A DNA stretch of 50,844 nt from Gammaproteobacteria bacterium (GTDB taxonomy: Bacteria; Pseudomonadota; Gammaproteobacteria; Arenicellales; JAOTWM01). The notes under the pieces are model-generated. The model worked only from the letters and a program-made list of their open reading frames with translations, did not search any database and was not told the origin of the DNA. The DNA is taken from assembly GCA_029862885.1 (NCBI GenBank), contig JAOTWM010000001.1, positions 1-50,844 of the forward strand, written 5' to 3'. The position numbers and the translations under genes are program-made. Shown here piece after piece: positions 48,203 to 50,844 of the stretch; the stretch's first letter is position 1; each line of letters opens with the position of its first letter.

Positions 48203-49336
48203 TCAGGTCAGGCCGAGCTGCTCTCGGATCATTTTCGCGATCGATGCCAGCGAGTCGCAGCCCGCGGGAATCGGTTTGTCCGATGCGAGGGCTGCCTTTG
48301 CGGACGGCGTGGCTAGATCGTAGCCGTGCATTCCGGCAACATGACCACCAAGAAAACTTGGCGAGAAGATCGCGCCCTCCTTCAACATCAAAATCGCGCG
48401 GCCATAACGTTCCGCGGGCACTTCTCTTTCCTTCAGCATGCGATGGTCCAGCCACTGGCCGGGTAAATCGGCGCGTTCAATCTCCAGGCGAGCGCGGTCT
48501 AGTTGATGGTTGTCCCCCCAGAACCGCATCATCGTGCTGTCGACGAACACCCGCATATTTGGGAGTCGCGTCAAGACATCACTAGGATCGACATCCGTGT
48601 GGACATCGGCCATACCATGGTCGCCGACCACAATCGTGGTGAGGTCAGCCCCGCCCCGCATCAGTTCTTCACGGGCACGATCGATATTTTGAACGATCCG
48701 TTGCATCACGTCGGGCGCCTCTGGGCCGCGATTGCCTTCTCGATGCATCACTGCATCGAGTTCCGCACAATACAGGAAGGTAAGGTCCGGGCTGTGTGTA
48801 CGTAGTGAGCTGAGTGCTTGTTCCCAGCGCGTCGGCTCCGGTGTCTGCCACGGGCTCGAATAGACTGATAAACCGGCGCTTCGTGCGTCGCTTAAGAAGG
48901 TCCTAGCGCCTCCGACTGTTTCCGCGTTAAACATGTCGTCCCGCTCGGGAAGGTCGAGCCAATGGAAATGCTCGGGCGGCACACGGTGCAGTGCGACGTA
49001 ACCGGTCAGTCCGGCTGCTTTCGACAGCAGGAGTTCGGCGATCCTTCTGACCCGTCGTCGCTCGTGCACGAAACGTGGTAACAAACCGAGCCAACGCAAT
49101 GGCTGTAATACACTGTTTCCCGGGCCTTCATGTGCCGAGAACAGGCACATCCTGCCGTGGACCGACGGTGGCTCTCCGGTGAGAATAGTCGGCAGCGCAG
49201 CCGAAGTGTAGCCGACGATGCCGCGTAGCGGCTTCCGATTGGGAAGCGATCCGAGCAGCCCTTCAAGACGTTGCAGTTGATCCGCCCCAAACGCATCAAC
49301 GAAAACGACTAGGAGCTTGCGATTGATGTCGCCCAT
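48203..49336 (-). CDS. Alkaline-phosphatase-superfamily enzyme (nucleotide pyrophosphatase/phosphodiesterase or phosphotransferase type)
   Basis: 377 aa with the motifs LLVVFVDAFGADQL, YTSAALPTILTGEPPSVHG (nucleophile region) and IVVGDHGMADV. Confidence 0.7.
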   Translation of the reverse strand: MGDINRKLLVVFVDAFGADQLQRLEGLLGSLPNRKPLRGIVGYTSAALPTILTGEPPSVHGRMCLFSAHEGPGNSVLQPLRWLGLLPRFVHERRRVRRIAELLLSKAAGLTGYVALHRVPPEHFHWLDLPERDDMFNAETVGGARTFLSDARSAGLSVYSSPWQTPEPTRWEQALSSLRTHSPDLTFLYCAELDAVMHREGNRGPEAPDVMQRIVQNIDRAREELMRGGADLTTIVVGDHGMADVHTDVDPSDVLTRLPNMRVFVDSTMMRFWGDNHQLDRARLEIERADLPGQWLDHRMLKEREVPAERYGRAILMLKEGAIFSPSFLGGHVAGMHGYDLATPSAKAALASDKPIPAGCDSLASIAKMIREQLGLT

Positions 49337-50497
49337 TCAACCGCCTCTCGAGACCAGTCGAGCGAGAGCCCGACGGAGGTCGTCATCGCTGGGTTCGGAT
49401 GTGCGCAGCGCCAGCAGCCTGGCGGCGACACCGCGACTCGCGGGGTTTTGGTGGCCATAGGCCAGGGCTACGGCGATGCGCGCCAACCGCTCCCGAATGT
49501 GGCCGAGGTATGGGAACAAGCTGGCCTCCCGTTTTGCAACAGCGCGCAGCGAAGACACGACCGTACCAACTGGCCGTACGTCCGGTAGTTCGGGATACAG
49601 TCTTCCTTTCCAAGAGGCAAAAGCCGCTACGTTCGTTGGCGCGCCGGCCCGCCAGCTTTCGAAACGAAGATGCTGGATAGAGATCATCTCGCGCGTAGTC
49701 TCATACCAGGTATTGATGTCACCACCGGCGGGCTGCCATAGATCCGGTCGCTTGCGAAACTCCACCGCGTCATGATAAGCAGCGACTAACCACATACCAA
49801 CATACGGAGCACTCTCAAAACGTTGAATGGCTTCGAGGCGAAGAGCGAGAGTGCTTTGGTAATGATCCGCCGCCAACAGCAGCGCATCCCCGCATGCCAG
49901 CACGGCCTTATGGGCGTGGCGCGCCTTTCGATAGTCGTTATCGGTTGACTTCAGATTACTCAACGCCAAACCCACCGCGCGGTTGGCGAGTAGCCGGCCG
50001 CATTCCTCCAGGGGAATATCGCGTGGCGTCAGATTGCGTAACTCCGCCACGATTTGCTGGTCACCTGCCACGAGCTCATATCCACCCAACGAGACATCCA
50101 GCCAGAACAGTGTGCGGGGCAGTCTTGCCAGAGAGTTCTCGGATAACGGTGAGAGCTCGACCTCCACACCCAGCTTCCCCGTCCACTCGTGGGATAGCGT
50201 GGCGAGTTTTTTGCGGACAGATCGCCAACCACTCACTACTACCATAAAATCGTAATCGTTGTACGGAGACAAACGGCCGTTTCGCATCACCATACTGCCT
50301 TCTCCGCGGGCGTAGCCGCCTACCAACAACAACGCTCGTAGACGTCCCCCCAGCTCGTGCGAGATCGCTCGCCCTACCGCGTCGAGGTCGCCGGCGATAC
50401 GTGCTTCCGAGTCGAAATCCGCCAATAGCGTGCGGCCTCCATTTCTCGTGCCTGGAGAGCAGCGTATCTTTTCACATGTGGCGAGAACGCGCTTCAA
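49337..50497 (-). CDS. Pol-beta-fold nucleotidyltransferase-like protein with helical C-terminal domain
   Basis: A G[SG]...DxD-type pattern is present in LLVGGYARGEGSMVMRNGRLSPYNDYDFMVVV. The proposed TTG start at 50497 abuts the upstream GT2 stop. The longer ORF-track start would overlap that gene by ~280 nt. The stop abuts the start of the next gene. Confidence 0.5.
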   Translation of the reverse strand: MKRVLATCEKIRCSPGTRNGGRTLLADFDSEARIAGDLDAVGRAISHELGGRLRALLLVGGYARGEGSMVMRNGRLSPYNDYDFMVVVSGWRSVRKKLATLSHEWTGKLGVEVELSPLSENSLARLPRTLFWLDVSLGGYELVAGDQQIVAELRNLTPRDIPLEECGRLLANRAVGLALSNLKSTDNDYRKARHAHKAVLACGDALLLAADHYQSTLALRLEAIQRFESAPYVGMWLVAAYHDAVEFRKRPDLWQPAGGDINTWYETTREMISIQHLRFESWRAGAPTNVAAFASWKGRLYPELPDVRPVGTVVSSLRAVAKREASLFPYLGHIRERLARIAVALAYGHQNPASRGVAARLLALRTSEPSDDDLRRALARLVSRGG

Positions 50498-50844
50498 GTG
50501 CGTGAGATTGACGGGGTTTTGTGACGCCCTGCGTAGTAACCGGTAGCCTGGGCGCAGCGAATTGCTACGCTGCTCGGTGTGAAGATTCGAGCACGGGCAT
50601 CGCGTAGCAGACTGCCCGCGAGCGGCTTCGCCCACTCCCGCAACCATGATGGCGATCCGAGACGATGGATTCTGTTGTCCGCGGCGCCCTCCCCGAATCG
50701 CCGCTGGTACTGCTCGCGCACGCCATAGTTGTGGGAATGTTGGAATCGCGCATGGGGAACGTAGATGACTTTCCACCCCATTGCGGTAACCCGATGGGTC
50801 CAGTCGACGTCTTCAGAATACCGGAGCTCCTCATCGAACGGCAA
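50494..50844 (-). CDS. GT2 family glycosyltransferase, C-terminal part (5' end outside the window)
   Basis: FDEELRYSEDVDWTHRVTAMGWKVIYVPHARFQHSH is the typical GT2 C-terminal (ED...W) region. The ORF runs off the window edge. Confidence 0.7.
   Translation of the reverse strand: MPFDEELRYSEDVDWTHRVTAMGWKVIYVPHARFQHSHNYGVREQYQRRFGEGAADNRIHRLGSPSWLREWAKPLAGSLLRDARARIFTPSSVAIRCAQATGYYAGRHKTPSISRT

Noticed and set aside
49337-50776. Full 479-aa version of the nucleotidyltransferase-like ORF
   Set aside because: The first ~93 codons overlap the C-terminal coding region of the upstream GT2 gene in another frame and translate to Arg/Pro-rich junk. A TTG start at 50497 abutting the GT2 stop is more plausible.

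Overview
GC-rich proteobacterial-type chromosomal segment; hand counts on sampled 60-nt lines give roughly 55-65% GC, with several visibly AT-rich patches. All protein family calls come from reading the supplied translations and recalling motifs; no searches were run.

Left part, 1-21.5 kb:
- A partial type II secretion / type IV pilus-like assembly set. A gspC/N-like gene, gspM and gspL are transcribed divergently from gspE-gspF.
- Two copies of a short MITE-like element with TA flanks interrupt this set.
- A lipoprotein zinc aminopeptidase and the CCA-adding enzyme.
- A translationally coupled DUF2868 / DUF3482-GTPase pair.
- A ~3 kb AT-rich island carrying a GT-C/TPR membrane glycosyltransferase plus a polyprenyl-phosphate-type GT2.
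- An orphan NorD/CbbO-type VWA protein.
- A three-gene TRAP transporter.

Right part, 21.7-50.8 kb, is an exosortase-type exopolysaccharide locus containing:
- A divergent CsrA-like protein and a PrsT-like TPR lipoprotein.
- A WecA/MraY-family initiating transferase and a fused exosortase-EpsI protein.
- Several GT4/GT2/GT8 glycosyltransferases, a Wzx-like flippase and a Wzy/O-antigen-ligase-like protein.
- A GH9-like hydrolase.
- A ~1360-aa secreted protein combining three cadherin-like repeats with three CxxCH heme-c motifs.
- A tightly packed GT2 / nucleotidyltransferase / alkaline-phosphatase-family / GT4 operon.

This locus is mosaic and partly decayed. It holds one frameshifted GT4, one GT8 with an in-frame TGA, one GT4 with no canonical start codon, two methyltransferase fragments and a degraded rve-type IS remnant.

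No rRNA, tRNA or CRISPR array was recognised by eye.
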